From a virus: DNA of 64,000 nt. The notes below the pieces were generated by a model, which saw only the letters and a list, made by a program, of their open reading frames with translations, made no database searches and had not been told where the DNA came from. The position numbers and the translations under genes are program-made. Shown here piece after piece: positions 32,011 through 41,474 of the stretch. The stretch spans positions 32,001 through 96,000 of IMG/VR virus record IMGVR_UViG_3300021475_000001; one strand, 5' to 3'. Every line of letters begins with the position of its first letter. Positions within the stretch are counted from its first letter, which is position 1.

Positions 32011-33588
32011 TTGTCACTTGATCCATTTAGACCCGCGAATCAAACTATCGAGTTTGTGGACTCGGCAGCCGGTTCGCGCAAGACTTTTACGGCAGTGGAG
32101 AAAGCACTGATCGCCGCAAGGCGGCGTGGTGCCAGGATTATCTTTGCGATGCCGACACACAAGCTGATCGATGAAATGACCACGCACGCGCGTCTAGATG
32201 GTAAGGTGCCGGTCTACGAAATAACCAGCCGCTTAAGCAACAATGTTGTCCAACACATTTGCAAACACGTAGAGCGCGTGAAGGATGGACACTTGCTGTT
32301 CATCACGCATGAAGGCTTGCTTCGGGTCACAAAGTGGCCCGATGAAGCCAAGGACTACGAGTTATACATTGACGAAGTTTTGGACACCATTCTTAATCGT
32401 GCGCCGTTTAAGCTGCGTGACAATCACTGGGTTTTGACCCGATTTCTCGATGCAGTGCCAGTGCCAGCCACGATTGCTGAGCGGCAGAAAGCGCAGAATA
32501 ATAAGGTGGTCAGTCTCAAGGCTTGGAAAGGTAAAAAGGAAAAAGAAGTCGAACCACTGCCATTTTATTATCATATCATTCCCAAGTACAACGTCAAAAC
32601 AAAAGACCCATTGTACTGGTTGAAGCGACATGAATATGCCAAACAGCAAGACGATATCTACACGTATCTGGACCCGATAGCCAAGTGGTTATTGCAAGGC
32701 AATGCTTTGTTCACCGATGCCAATCAGTGGAACTTAGCGCAAGCCACCGATCCGGAAGCGTACAAGAGTCATCTGCGTGGGTTGATTACCATCACCGGGT
32801 TTCGACGGCCGGACTCTCTGAAGGCGTTTAAGAGTGTCACCGTGATGTCCGCGTTGTTTAAGTACACCATGCTGTATCAGGTGTGGCAGCAACTCGGTGT
32901 CGAGTTTGTGCCGTCACAGACGGTGACAGTCAATCAGCCCACCACTGATCTTGGTAAGCGTAAGCTCAAGATATACTGGCTGTCGAACGAAGGATGGTCA
33001 AAGCGCACGCGTGATCGTTCCGGAGGAATTACCAACATACTAAACTTGATCAAAGAGTCCAACATCCTTAATCCGCGACAGCCGGTTTGTGTGGTCGTGA
33101 ACAAGGATGATGGTTCAGAGACAAATCCTGGAACTGTCACCGCAGTGTTTCCTAAAGCCGTTGTAATGCCAAATAACGTGCGCGGGCAAAATCGTTGGCG
33201 TCATTATCATCAACTGATACACTGCGCTGCACTGAACTCATACACAAGTGACATACGCTGGATGGAGAGTGTTTTGGGTATCGACAGTCACTACCAGCGT
33301 CTTGGGCGCACGGGTCATGAAGTGTATCAGGCATTGATGAGACTGAACCTGCGTGATCCAAATGGTAAGGGTGATATCATACTGGTAGTTGTGGACAAGG
33401 ACATTGCAGAGTGGTTGCCGCAGTGGTTTAGTCCAAGTCATCAAGTGTCGGTGGAGGAGATTGACTCCAACGGTGTTATCAAGAAGAAGAAATCACAGAA
33501 TGGACGACCGCCAATTGGAGAAAAGCGAATGACCGCTGCGGAACAAAAACGTCTCTGGCGTTTGAATCATCCTAAGACGAGTGTCTGA
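32011..33588 (+). CDS. helicase-like replication / origin-binding protein
   Basis: AGSRKT, FITHE, YIDEV, MSA, YQALMR; C-terminal basic GRPP...AEQKR. Confidence 0.55.
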   Translation: MSLDPFRPANQTIEFVDSAAGSRKTFTAVEKALIAARRRGARIIFAMPTHKLIDEMTTHARLDGKVPVYEITSRLSNNVVQHICKHVERVKDGHLLFITHEGLLRVTKWPDEAKDYELYIDEVLDTILNRAPFKLRDNHWVLTRFLDAVPVPATIAERQKAQNNKVVSLKAWKGKKEKEVEPLPFYYHIIPKYNVKTKDPLYWLKRHEYAKQQDDIYTYLDPIAKWLLQGNALFTDANQWNLAQATDPEAYKSHLRGLITITGFRRPDSLKAFKSVTVMSALFKYTMLYQVWQQLGVEFVPSQTVTVNQPTTDLGKRKLKIYWLSNEGWSKRTRDRSGGITNILNLIKESNILNPRQPVCVVVNKDDGSETNPGTVTAVFPKAVVMPNNVRGQNRWRHYHQLIHCAALNSYTSDIRWMESVLGIDSHYQRLGRTGHEVYQALMRLNLRDPNGKGDIILVVVDKDIAEWLPQWFSPSHQVSVEEIDSNGVIKKKKSQNGRPPIGEKRMTAAEQKRLWRLNHPKTSV

Positions 33589-33645
33589 TAACTCTCTGAT
33601 TTATACTTATCAGACAATTCAATGATTTCAATAGCTTAGTGTTTG

Positions 33646-33800
33646 GAATGTAACCAGACCACATGAGAAGTACCACATAATCGGAGTGAACCATCAGAAA
33701 TGAGAGTACCAAGAATTATGCGTGAGTCATTGATCGGGAGTAGTACCAGGTTAGAAGAACGAACCACGAATACTGAGAGTACCATGTAGCGAGAGTTAGT
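33646..33800 (+). ncRNA. TIGR-like array 2 (~4 units)
   Basis: GAGA(A)GTACCA / GAGTGAACCA alternating with 8-nt variable segments. Confidence 0.8.
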
Positions 33801-33816
33801 TACGAAAGGGTGTCGA

Positions 33817-33939
33817 GTGAACAAAAAGCAGCAGAAGAAGATCAAGAAATTATGGAAAAAGCTCTCGACTAAGCAACGGTATCGGATACTGACCTATTGT
33901 TATCTGGTACGTGAAGAAATCAAAAGCCAAAAGGGCTGA
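33817..33939 (+). CDS. 40-aa basic peptide between arrays
   Basis: GTG lies inside GAGTGAAC after a GAAAGGGTG RBS; MNKKQQKKIKKLWKKL...; stop overlaps the next repeat. Confidence 0.5.
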   Translation: MNKKQQKKIKKLWKKLSTKQRYRILTYCYLVREEIKSQKG

Positions 33940-34070
33940 GAATCCCACGATAGGTGAGTTAACCACCTGGCTTGAGAGTACCAGGATAGTAGAGTGAACC
34001 ATAAGGTGAGAGAGTACCATCTTGGAAGAGTGAACCATGGGTATAGAGAGTACCAGTAGGAGAGCGTGAA
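33938..34070 (+). ncRNA. TIGR-like array 3 (~4 units)
   Basis: Exact 36-nt period of GAGAGTACCA and GAGTGAACCA. Confidence 0.85.
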
Positions 34071-34234
34071 TGCACGAACTGGAACATGAGATGGTGAAGC
34101 TGGCGACACGTTTGGAACGAGGCACCATTACTGCCAAACAGGCGGCTGCCAAGTTACTGGCACTGGCGACACTATCACACTATGAGTACATACCTGACCC
34201 CGAGCTTCGCGAGGATCAGAAGCTACCACGGTAA
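34070..34234 (+). CDS. 54-aa protein between arrays
   Basis: MHELEHEMVKLATRLERG...; RBS AGGAG lies within a spacer. Confidence 0.55.
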   Translation: MHELEHEMVKLATRLERGTITAKQAAAKLLALATLSHYEYIPDPELREDQKLPR

Positions 34235-34287
34235 CCAGGAGGGTTGAGTAGTACCATAGCGGTAGAGTGAACCACGTGGAGTGAATT
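34232..34287 (+). ncRNA. TIGR-like array 4 (1-1.5 units)
   Basis: TAACCA-N8-GAGTAGTACCA-N8-GAGTGAACCA. Confidence 0.7.
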
Positions 34288-34290
34288 AAG

Positions 34291-34587
34291 ATGGCAAAGC
34301 ACACAGCCACCGTGCATAAACTGTCACATGTCCGACGTGATCGTGGGTACCGATTTACGGAACGTGACCCCGACATGGTGTGGTTGTGTGGTATCATCTC
34401 CAATTCCGAGATGTCGGTGCAAGATATTGTTGAGTCAGTGTCTAGTACCACAAAGGGTTTAATTCGAGTGTCACCTAATACCATTTACAACTGGCTCAAT
34501 GGTAAGACCAAGAAACCACAAAACTACACGCTAACGTGGGTGGGTCATGCTCTAGGTTACGAACGTGGCTGGAAGGTGATAAAGTAA
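34291..34587 (+). CDS. XRE/Cro-type HTH protein
   Basis: VSPNTIYNWLNGKTKKPQNYTL..V..ALG. Confidence 0.7.
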   Translation: MAKHTATVHKLSHVRRDRGYRFTERDPDMVWLCGIISNSEMSVQDIVESVSSTTKGLIRVSPNTIYNWLNGKTKKPQNYTLTWVGHALGYERGWKVIK

Positions 34588-34867
34588 TGGACCGACTTGC
34601 CATGGCAAATGCCTTTGCCTATTATGTGCGTGACAAGTCCGAGAACCAGGACATAAATTTAGCGGTGATGTCTGGTATTATGGAAGGATACTTTCTCTTT
34701 GATCCCTTTACCGAGACACTGACGATGACAGAGAGACTGATCAACATTTTACTCCCGGACCTTCCCAAGCAGTGAAGGGAGGTGATGCCACTTGGTAGAC
34801 GAACATCCGGAGGATTTGATACTTAGTTGTGGAGGGAGGTGATGCCTTTGACCTGAGTCACTTTGTG

Positions 34868-34911
34868 ACCCCCGTCACTGCATTCCCCTCCAGGAAGTGG
34901 CGGGGGTTTTT
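34868..34911 (+). terminator. intrinsic terminator-like hairpin
   Basis: ACCCCCGTCACT...AGTGGCGGGGGT followed by TTTT. Confidence 0.55.
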
Positions 34912-35114
34912 AACCATGCGAGCGGAGAGTGTACCATTAAGTAGGAGTGAACCAAGTCGTAAGAGAGTGCCACGGGACGAGAGTGAACCACGTGTGGGAA
35001 GAGGACCAATCACCGCGAGTTAACCATCTCAAATGAGAGTACCACGGGGGCTGAGTGAACCATCTAAGTAGAGAGTACCAAGACGAAAGCGTGAACCACC
35101 TAAGTTGAGAGTAC
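34911..35114 (+). ncRNA. TIGR-like array 5 (~6 units)
   Basis: 36-nt period dual repeats with unique spacers. Confidence 0.85.
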
Positions 35115-35135
35115 TTCCAACGAGGACGCCAAGCA

Positions 35136-35390
35136 ATGACCAAGACATGTCACCGCGGTCATACGCTGACACTTGAGAATACTTACTACCGGAGCGACAA
35201 TTATTGGGGGTGTCGAGAATGTCGCAAGCTTCGCAAAAGCCGATACATAGCTAAAGACCCAGCATCGCATAATCGACGCTCAGTAGAAGGTATGCGACGC
35301 CTCCGAAAAAAACACCGCGAGAGAATGTCCCTTATTCGAGGGCAGGCAGTACCAGACTTTAGTGTAGGATCGTTGAAGATAAAGGACTAA
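35136..35390 (+). CDS. small zinc-finger protein (HNH-associated C-terminal type)
   Basis: TCHRGH...ENTY...CRECR; no HNH catalytic core. Confidence 0.55.
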   Translation: MTKTCHRGHTLTLENTYYRSDNYWGCRECRKLRKSRYIAKDPASHNRRSVEGMRRLRKKHRERMSLIRGQAVPDFSVGSLKIKD

Positions 35391-35404
35391 AGGAAAACCA
35401 TCCA

Positions 35405-35758
35405 ATGCCACACAATAGCAAGCCACAGCCATCACAGATTACCGAACGCCCGGCTGCGCCAGTGACCAACGAGGACACCAGCGTTGCGAGCGTGGTCGGT
35501 ACACAGGAAGAGCAGGAGCCAGACGGTCCCGAGCACATTTGGCTTCAGCCAGATTGTTGTGCCGATCCGGGTACGGGGCGCCTTTGGTGTCAGGACAACG
35601 TATTTGATTGCGATGAAGGTATGCCGGCGACGGAATATATCCGCGTTGATATCGCCGCCCGCAGGGTCGCCGAGGAACGCGACCGGTGTGCGGCAATACT
35701 TAGTCATGCTGGTTTGCCGGAACTCGCTATTGCCATCCGCAACAATCTTTTGGAATGA
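35405..35758 (+). CDS. hypothetical phage protein
   Basis: PEHIWLQ...WCQD...EYIRVD phage motif; RBS AAGGA. Confidence 0.6.
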   Translation: MPHNSKPQPSQITERPAAPVTNEDTSVASVVGTQEEQEPDGPEHIWLQPDCCADPGTGRLWCQDNVFDCDEGMPATEYIRVDIAARRVAEERDRCAAILSHAGLPELAIAIRNNLLE

Positions 35759-36129
35759 CGGAGGTTCTGATGACCCCGCGCGAGAGGGCAGCCGAAGAGA
35801 TCGTAGAAGCGATCCTCAAATGTGGAATGTGCCCGAATATTATTCCGAAGAATGCTGACTGCGATTATCCGGAATGCCGTGACAGTCTGTGCGAATTCTG
35901 GCAGCGCGCGGATGCAATCAAAGAACAGGTCGGCGGCGTACTCACCGAGCACGTCCGCGCGCTACTGGCGGAAGATGAGGCGACGATTGAGGCAATGGAA
36001 CGAGCGTATTGTTGGCAAAAAGGTTGCCAATTGCTTTTATGCAATCAGTGCGGGAAATGCTCTGTGCATAAAGAACTGTTTAAGATGCGCGCTGCTCTCG
36101 CCGTCCTCCGCAGAAAGGCCCTTGGTTAG
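35755..36129 (+). CDS. Cys-rich hypothetical protein
   Basis: ATGA overlap with upstream gene; stop TAG overlaps the first repeat of array 6. Confidence 0.55.
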   Translation: MTEVLMTPRERAAEEIVEAILKCGMCPNIIPKNADCDYPECRDSLCEFWQRADAIKEQVGGVLTEHVRALLAEDEATIEAMERAYCWQKGCQLLLCNQCGKCSVHKELFKMRAALAVLRRKALG

Positions 36130-36730
36130 AGTACCAATATCCAAGCGTAAACCACGTGTGTAGAGAGTACCATAATAAGAGAGTGAACCATAACAAGTGA
36201 GTGTACCAATTGATGAGAGTAAACCACGCGATCGGTGCCATAACTGGCCATGATCCCCGAGTGAACCAAAGGATGGGAGAGTACCACCAGACGCAAGTGA
36301 TAACCACATCACTGGAGAAGTACCAAAGGTGGAGAGTGAACCGTGGATGTAGAGAGTGCCACACAGATGGAGTGAACCAAAAACGTGGAGAGTACCACAA
36401 CTGAAGAGTGACAAACGGCAAGTGTAGTACCAGTGAACCAAGTAACCAGAGCAGTACCATATACGTAGAGTGACCCATTCATGCCGAGTAGTACCCTGTT
36501 ACGAGAGGGAACCACGTCCATAGAGAGTACCATGTCGCGTGAGTAAACCAGACAAACAGAGTAGTACCATGTTCCGAGCGTGAACCATGAGAATGGAGAG
36601 TACCATAGGCGCTGAGTGATCCAGAGAACCAGAGTAAGTACCAGATCCAGGGAGTGATCCAGAGAACCAGAGTAAGTACCAAGTACCGGGAGTGATCCAG
36701 AGAAGCTGAGTGAACCACAAGGTCAGAGAC
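36127..36730 (+). ncRNA. TIGR-like array 6 (largest, ~16 units)
   Basis: GAGAGTACCA-N8-GAGTGAACCA-N8 repeated; two degenerate units; terminal 38-nt tandem duplication. Confidence 0.88.
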
Positions 36731-37019
36731 ACGGGAACAATATCACTGCCTCGGCCCCAACCAGTTTGTGTAGGAGCCGGGGTAGTGAACGTGAACGACA
36801 CTGAAGCATACGGGAACTAGTACACCAGTGTCGGTCACCCCCGTAGTACATCCACATGAGGTGGACTACCCAGTACCCGTTCTCCCAGCGGACACCGTAG
36901 TTACTCATGATGTTTATCGTCCCCTATCTCGGAAGGATAATCTTTATCCTCTATCTGGCGTTTGCTCTATTTCTGATTCTACACCCGATACAGGTTTGGT
37001 TGTGGTTGTGGGGTTAGTT

Positions 37020-37690
37020 CACCAGCGGAAACGATAGAGCTTGTTCGCTCGCATGAGAACAGAGTCCTGGCAAACACGTAGTGTTACTGACACTCGACAC
37101 TAAACATTCGGTTTGGGGCGATGGAAAAACCGGTGGGCACTGGAAAACACCTTGTTTCACGTAGTAGTTGGCCGCGTACCGCGGCCAACTGTTGCATGAA
37201 TTCAGAGTGTGTCGCTTCGCGACACTCTCTTCATTCACGCAACTAAAGTTAAACGATTGGTGCATGAACTGCACCACGTTTGTTACGGCCGTGCCTGTAC
37301 CGACACGTCGCGCGTGCGCGCGAGGCGTTCGGGGCTTTGGTGCGGACTTCCGCACTATTCCAGTCGCCTATTCTAAGCCGAAGCTCGTTCCGACGCTGGA
37401 CTTCACACTTCACCGGGAGTTCAGCCTGTCAACGCGCATACCCGCGGTGGTCAAAGCAAAGTGGTGAGGCTAGTGAGATATGGCCTCTATGTCTGCGACG
37501 CTTGACTTGACTGTTTCAGTCGAGTATTTTGCGTCTCAGAACGATGGCCCTCGCAAAGTGACATCGTTCTTCCAGAACGGGGCGTTAAGCCTGTCAACCG
37601 TTCTCTTAAACACCCGGTTCCGAAAGGTTCCGGGTGTTTTTGAGAGTGCGACACAGTGCGCAGTCTCGTCAAGCAGAAAATCGCATCGAT
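37020..37690 (+). ncRNA. candidate large structured ncRNA
   Basis: About 10 hairpins; G-U pairs favour the + strand; no credible ORF. Confidence 0.45.
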
Positions 37691-38099
37691 AGTCATTGAC
37701 TAGCCACGAAGGTCATTGACACCGCAGATTACTTGTGATTTACTCGCTTTTGACGTGACTGGGACCGAGGCAAAACCCCCCAGGTTGACCCCCTGCTGAA
37801 GTCTCAACCCATGTCTTTATCCCCACATAAACTTGGCCCGAAGGATGAGAAGCCCCTTTCGGGCCATTTCTTTTGGTGTCACTACATGAGTACATCTCAC
37901 GTCATTTGGTTGGGTCTTATTGCTGGTTCTGGATTGGCGTTTTTTCTTGTTCTTTCGCATTCTGATACCGTTGCACATAGAAAGTGTGATAAGATCGTCC
38001 ACGAGTTGTTAACCAGTAAGGATCAAACCGAAGTGATCCGTGCTGGTATACTGACGATCCAACTTAATTGCGGTATCACTAGTCGTATGGGAGCAGAGT

Positions 38100-39077
38100 A
38101 TGAGTGACCAGCGTCTTCCGGGACATGAGCTAGACAAGCCACGTCCCGATGCACGTTCCGCGCGTCCTGATCGCGTTTATCCTGGTGATCCGAAGTATCG
38201 ACCACTGCCGCAACCACGATCCGTGCGCAGTGACCCACCACAACCAATGACACTGACACCTGATTGGCGAAACGTATTCAACGACCACTTTTTCAATTCC
38301 AATGTCGATATGGAGAAGTGGTGGACACGCTACGTCTACAATAACGGGACGCTTGATTATCTCAATGATGAGTGGGAGCGTTATCGCGAGTCAGGCAATC
38401 ACGTGCTAGACAGTAGTCTGTGTCACTTGGTGACACAGAAGCACAATGGTGAATTTTGGCCCAGTGGGATGCTGCGCAGCAAGGACTGCTACAACATCGG
38501 CAATGGTGACGAATGGTATTTTGAAAGCCGCATGAAGGTACCCGAATTTCTTGGTAGCTGGTCAGCGTTCTGGATTGCTGGTAGTGAACGAAACCCTGGT
38601 GACGATCAGAGTGTTCCCTGGCCTCCTGAGATTGACCAGTGTGAAATTGTCAACAATGGTAAAGACGATACGACACATATGCTGCACTGTTGCGGGCAAG
38701 TCTTAGATTGGAACGCTAACCCACAACAATATGCCGGTACATGGGCGGCTGACGGCTTTAACTGGGACTACATGTATTACTGGAGTGACGCCGACCTGTC
38801 AAAAGGCTTTCATACCTATGGGTTGTGGTATAAGAAGCCGGAGTTTGTGGTCTATCTGGACCGTAAGCCGATACTTGCTGCCAACTACGATTGGGTAGCA
38901 GATGACAGACAGCCGATGAATTGCTATCTGTTTGCCAATCTCGCTGTTGGTGGTCAGTGGGCCGGACGTTACGGGGTTGACGATGCGGCACTGCCGCAAA
39001 GTCTTGATATCGACTACATTCGCGTGTATCAACGCGTGCGACAGAGTACAATCGGCCACAATCTACTGCCGGTGTGA
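38100..39077 (+). CDS. glycoside hydrolase family 16
   Basis: SGML.S, WSAFW, WPPEIDQCE (EIDxxE), FHTYG, NLAVGG.W, IDYIRVYQ. Confidence 0.85.
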   Translation: MSDQRLPGHELDKPRPDARSARPDRVYPGDPKYRPLPQPRSVRSDPPQPMTLTPDWRNVFNDHFFNSNVDMEKWWTRYVYNNGTLDYLNDEWERYRESGNHVLDSSLCHLVTQKHNGEFWPSGMLRSKDCYNIGNGDEWYFESRMKVPEFLGSWSAFWIAGSERNPGDDQSVPWPPEIDQCEIVNNGKDDTTHMLHCCGQVLDWNANPQQYAGTWAADGFNWDYMYYWSDADLSKGFHTYGLWYKKPEFVVYLDRKPILAANYDWVADDRQPMNCYLFANLAVGGQWAGRYGVDDAALPQSLDIDYIRVYQRVRQSTIGHNLLPV

Positions 39078-40360
39078 TGCCCGAAACATTCATTCTGGTT
39101 GGTGACGCTGGCACTCGTCTAAAGGATTTAGACGATAACACGTTTAATGTCTGTGTCACGTCACCACCCTATTACGGCTTACGTGACTACGGTACTTCTG
39201 GTGACTGGACAGGTGGTAGTGATCCCAATTGCCAGCATGTACGCAATCAACACGCCAAGCAACCACAAGGTATACAGGGTCGCATCTCGCATGAAGACGC
39301 GCTGCGCGAAGCGCAGCGTCTCGGTGCGACACCCCCACCGGAGTTACACAATCGCTACCCGACCGCCGGTCGACCAATTGGTGACGGTCGCTTTGTCTGT
39401 GAGTTGTGTGGTGCCGAGAAGATCGATCATCAAATCGGACTGGAAGTTACACCAGATGAGTATATTGAACGAATGGTGGAAATTTGTCGTGAAGTGATGC
39501 GGGTACTGCGTCCTGATGGTGTGTTCTTTCTTAATATTGGTGACAGTTACGCCAGTCGTCCTGCTGGTAATATAACACCATCTGGGCTTATTCAAAACCA
39601 ACCGAAACGATTGTCGGGTAGAGAAATTGCCTACCCGTATAATTATAAATCATTTGGTGACATAAAGCCCAAGAACCTGTTGATGATGCCATCACGTGTC
39701 GCCATTGCGTTGCAAGCTGAGGGTTGGTACTTACGCTCGGAAATCATCTGGGCCAAGACCAGTGCCATGCCGGAACGTGTCGAGGATCGACCGACAGTTG
39801 CTCACGAAAAGATTTTCTTATTGACCAAGAGTCCCAACTACTTTTTTGATGGCTACGCTGTCGAGGACTACTCGGTATCGACATCTGGTGCGGGTAATGG
39901 TTATGAACGTCCGCAAAGACAGCACAAGTCTTCTGGTAATTCTGAACATTGGTCTGATATTGGTGGTTTTCGTAATATGCGTTCTGTATGGTGGTTAGGG
40001 CCGGAAGTGTCACCTGACTTTCACTTTGCCACTTTCCCGACTGAAGTGCCGAGACGCGCTATACTTTCGGGTCTAGGACGTGCGGGTGTTTGTGCCAAAT
40101 GTGGCACACCATGGCGAAGTGTTAAAGGCAAAAACTGGGCACCGACTTGTTCATGCGGTAGTGCTAAACCAGTTGGCGGTATGGTGCTTGATCCCTTTCT
40201 TGGTTCTGGTACTACTGCGATGGTGGCTAACTCACTGGGTCATGATTGTGTCGGTATCGAGTTAAGTCCTGACAATGCGCTACAAGCGCGACAGCGCATT
40301 CTTGGTGATGGACGCTTACATAATCAGGTGACACTCAACGATCTGGAGATGAGACTATGA
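39074..40360 (+). CDS. site-specific DNA methyltransferase (N4C/N6A, beta class)
   Basis: VTSPPY, IIWAK, HFATFP, LDPFLGSGTT, GIEL. Confidence 0.9.
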   Translation: MMPETFILVGDAGTRLKDLDDNTFNVCVTSPPYYGLRDYGTSGDWTGGSDPNCQHVRNQHAKQPQGIQGRISHEDALREAQRLGATPPPELHNRYPTAGRPIGDGRFVCELCGAEKIDHQIGLEVTPDEYIERMVEICREVMRVLRPDGVFFLNIGDSYASRPAGNITPSGLIQNQPKRLSGREIAYPYNYKSFGDIKPKNLLMMPSRVAIALQAEGWYLRSEIIWAKTSAMPERVEDRPTVAHEKIFLLTKSPNYFFDGYAVEDYSVSTSGAGNGYERPQRQHKSSGNSEHWSDIGGFRNMRSVWWLGPEVSPDFHFATFPTEVPRRAILSGLGRAGVCAKCGTPWRSVKGKNWAPTCSCGSAKPVGGMVLDPFLGSGTTAMVANSLGHDCVGIELSPDNALQARQRILGDGRLHNQVTLNDLEMRL

Positions 40361-40602
40361 CTGATCTACCACGCTACAAGTCACACAAGATTGTCGAAGC
40401 CGCACCAATCACTTCGATCAGTCGTAATCCAGCCTGGGTGGAAGTCAAGGTTGGTATGCAATACAGTACCTTTGAAGTTCCACCAGACTTCTTCAGTCGT
40501 GGTTTGCCAAGTCAGGATGACTATTTTGTGCGTTACGAAGACGGTTATCTGTCGTGGTCACCAAAGAAGGCTTTCGAAGAAGGCTACATTCGGGTGATGT
40601 GA
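40357..40602 (+). CDS. conserved small phage protein
   Basis: YKSHKIVEA...Y.DGY.SWSPK..FEEGY. Confidence 0.7.
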   Translation: MTDLPRYKSHKIVEAAPITSISRNPAWVEVKVGMQYSTFEVPPDFFSRGLPSQDDYFVRYEDGYLSWSPKKAFEEGYIRVM

Positions 40603-41034
40603 CATGTGCGCGTTTTGCTATGGGATGCGCTCGGCGCTGTGGCGGATGGTACGACAGGGCCGATACCCGTATTCTAGACCGGAGAAACAACCAACACCAG
40701 TGTCACCTACCAAGAACAAATCCACCACGATACAGTCGCAACAGCGACACGTGACTTTTACAAAGCAGCAATAAAAAAGCCACGGTTTTGTGCTTGATTT
40801 TCTGATATCGGTCCGCTACATAACGCGCCGGTGCGCGTTTTACATGTAGTGAAATCTTGACTAGTCGATGAAAATCGACTTCGAGGTGAGACAAGCCCTC
40901 GCTGAGAATGCGCAGAAAGTACCAAAGAGGGTGGAAATCGGCTCAGCCGCCAAGGCCAAGTCTGCCCGACATTACAGGGCTTTGGCCCCGACTGGGGTCG
41001 GTACAGCGGTCACGTTCTCCACCCTCTTTTTACT

Positions 41035-41111
41035 TTGACACTCTCCGGGTATGGCACTCTCTGGGCGGATGGTTCACTTCCGGTCTTTGGTACTCTCTTG
41101 CTTCATGGTCT
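41035..41111 (-). ncRNA. TIGR-like array 7 (minus strand, ~2 units)
   Basis: Reverse complement reads GAGAGTACCA-aagaccgg-AAGTGAACCA-tccgccca-GAGAGTGCCA-tacccgga-GAGTG. Confidence 0.75.
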
Positions 41112-41474
41112 TTTCTTGGTGTCGGAGGAGCGTGCTTTCCTTTAGATTGAATGCCTTGCACATTACCGATAACGGGATGTCATAGGCATCGTTAAAATGG
41201 ATGATAAGTGTCACTTTCTCTTGTAGACTTAGTTGGCGCTGGGACATCATGGCCTCTGACTTATTGCTTTGCAGCGTACATAATGGTGATAGGCGTCCTG
41301 GTGTATTTGACGATTTTGCGCGTCGGCAGCAAGACCTTCTACAATGATTGCCATGAGACAACCCGTGGTAAATGCCAGTTGTGGTGATATGTCACTGGGT
41401 TCTAAGATCGGGTAAATGGGCTTCAGTTTGTCTAAGCACTCGTTGAGTATTGTCCTTACTTCTTCGTTGGTCAC

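Noticed and set aside
35136-35390. HNH nuclease partner for the Tas-like protein
   Set aside because: Only a zinc-finger tail is present; no HNH catalytic motif.
36127-36730. CRISPR array
   Set aside because: Repeats are two alternating ~10-mers with 8-nt spacers, far below CRISPR sizes; no cas genes in the window.
33636-36801. Minus-strand ORFs rich in WYS/WFT/GTL (33636, 33850, 33900, 34128, 34937, 36037, 36080, 36309, 36479, 36499; also 53098)
   Set aside because: They are translations of the array's reverse complement, not credible genes.
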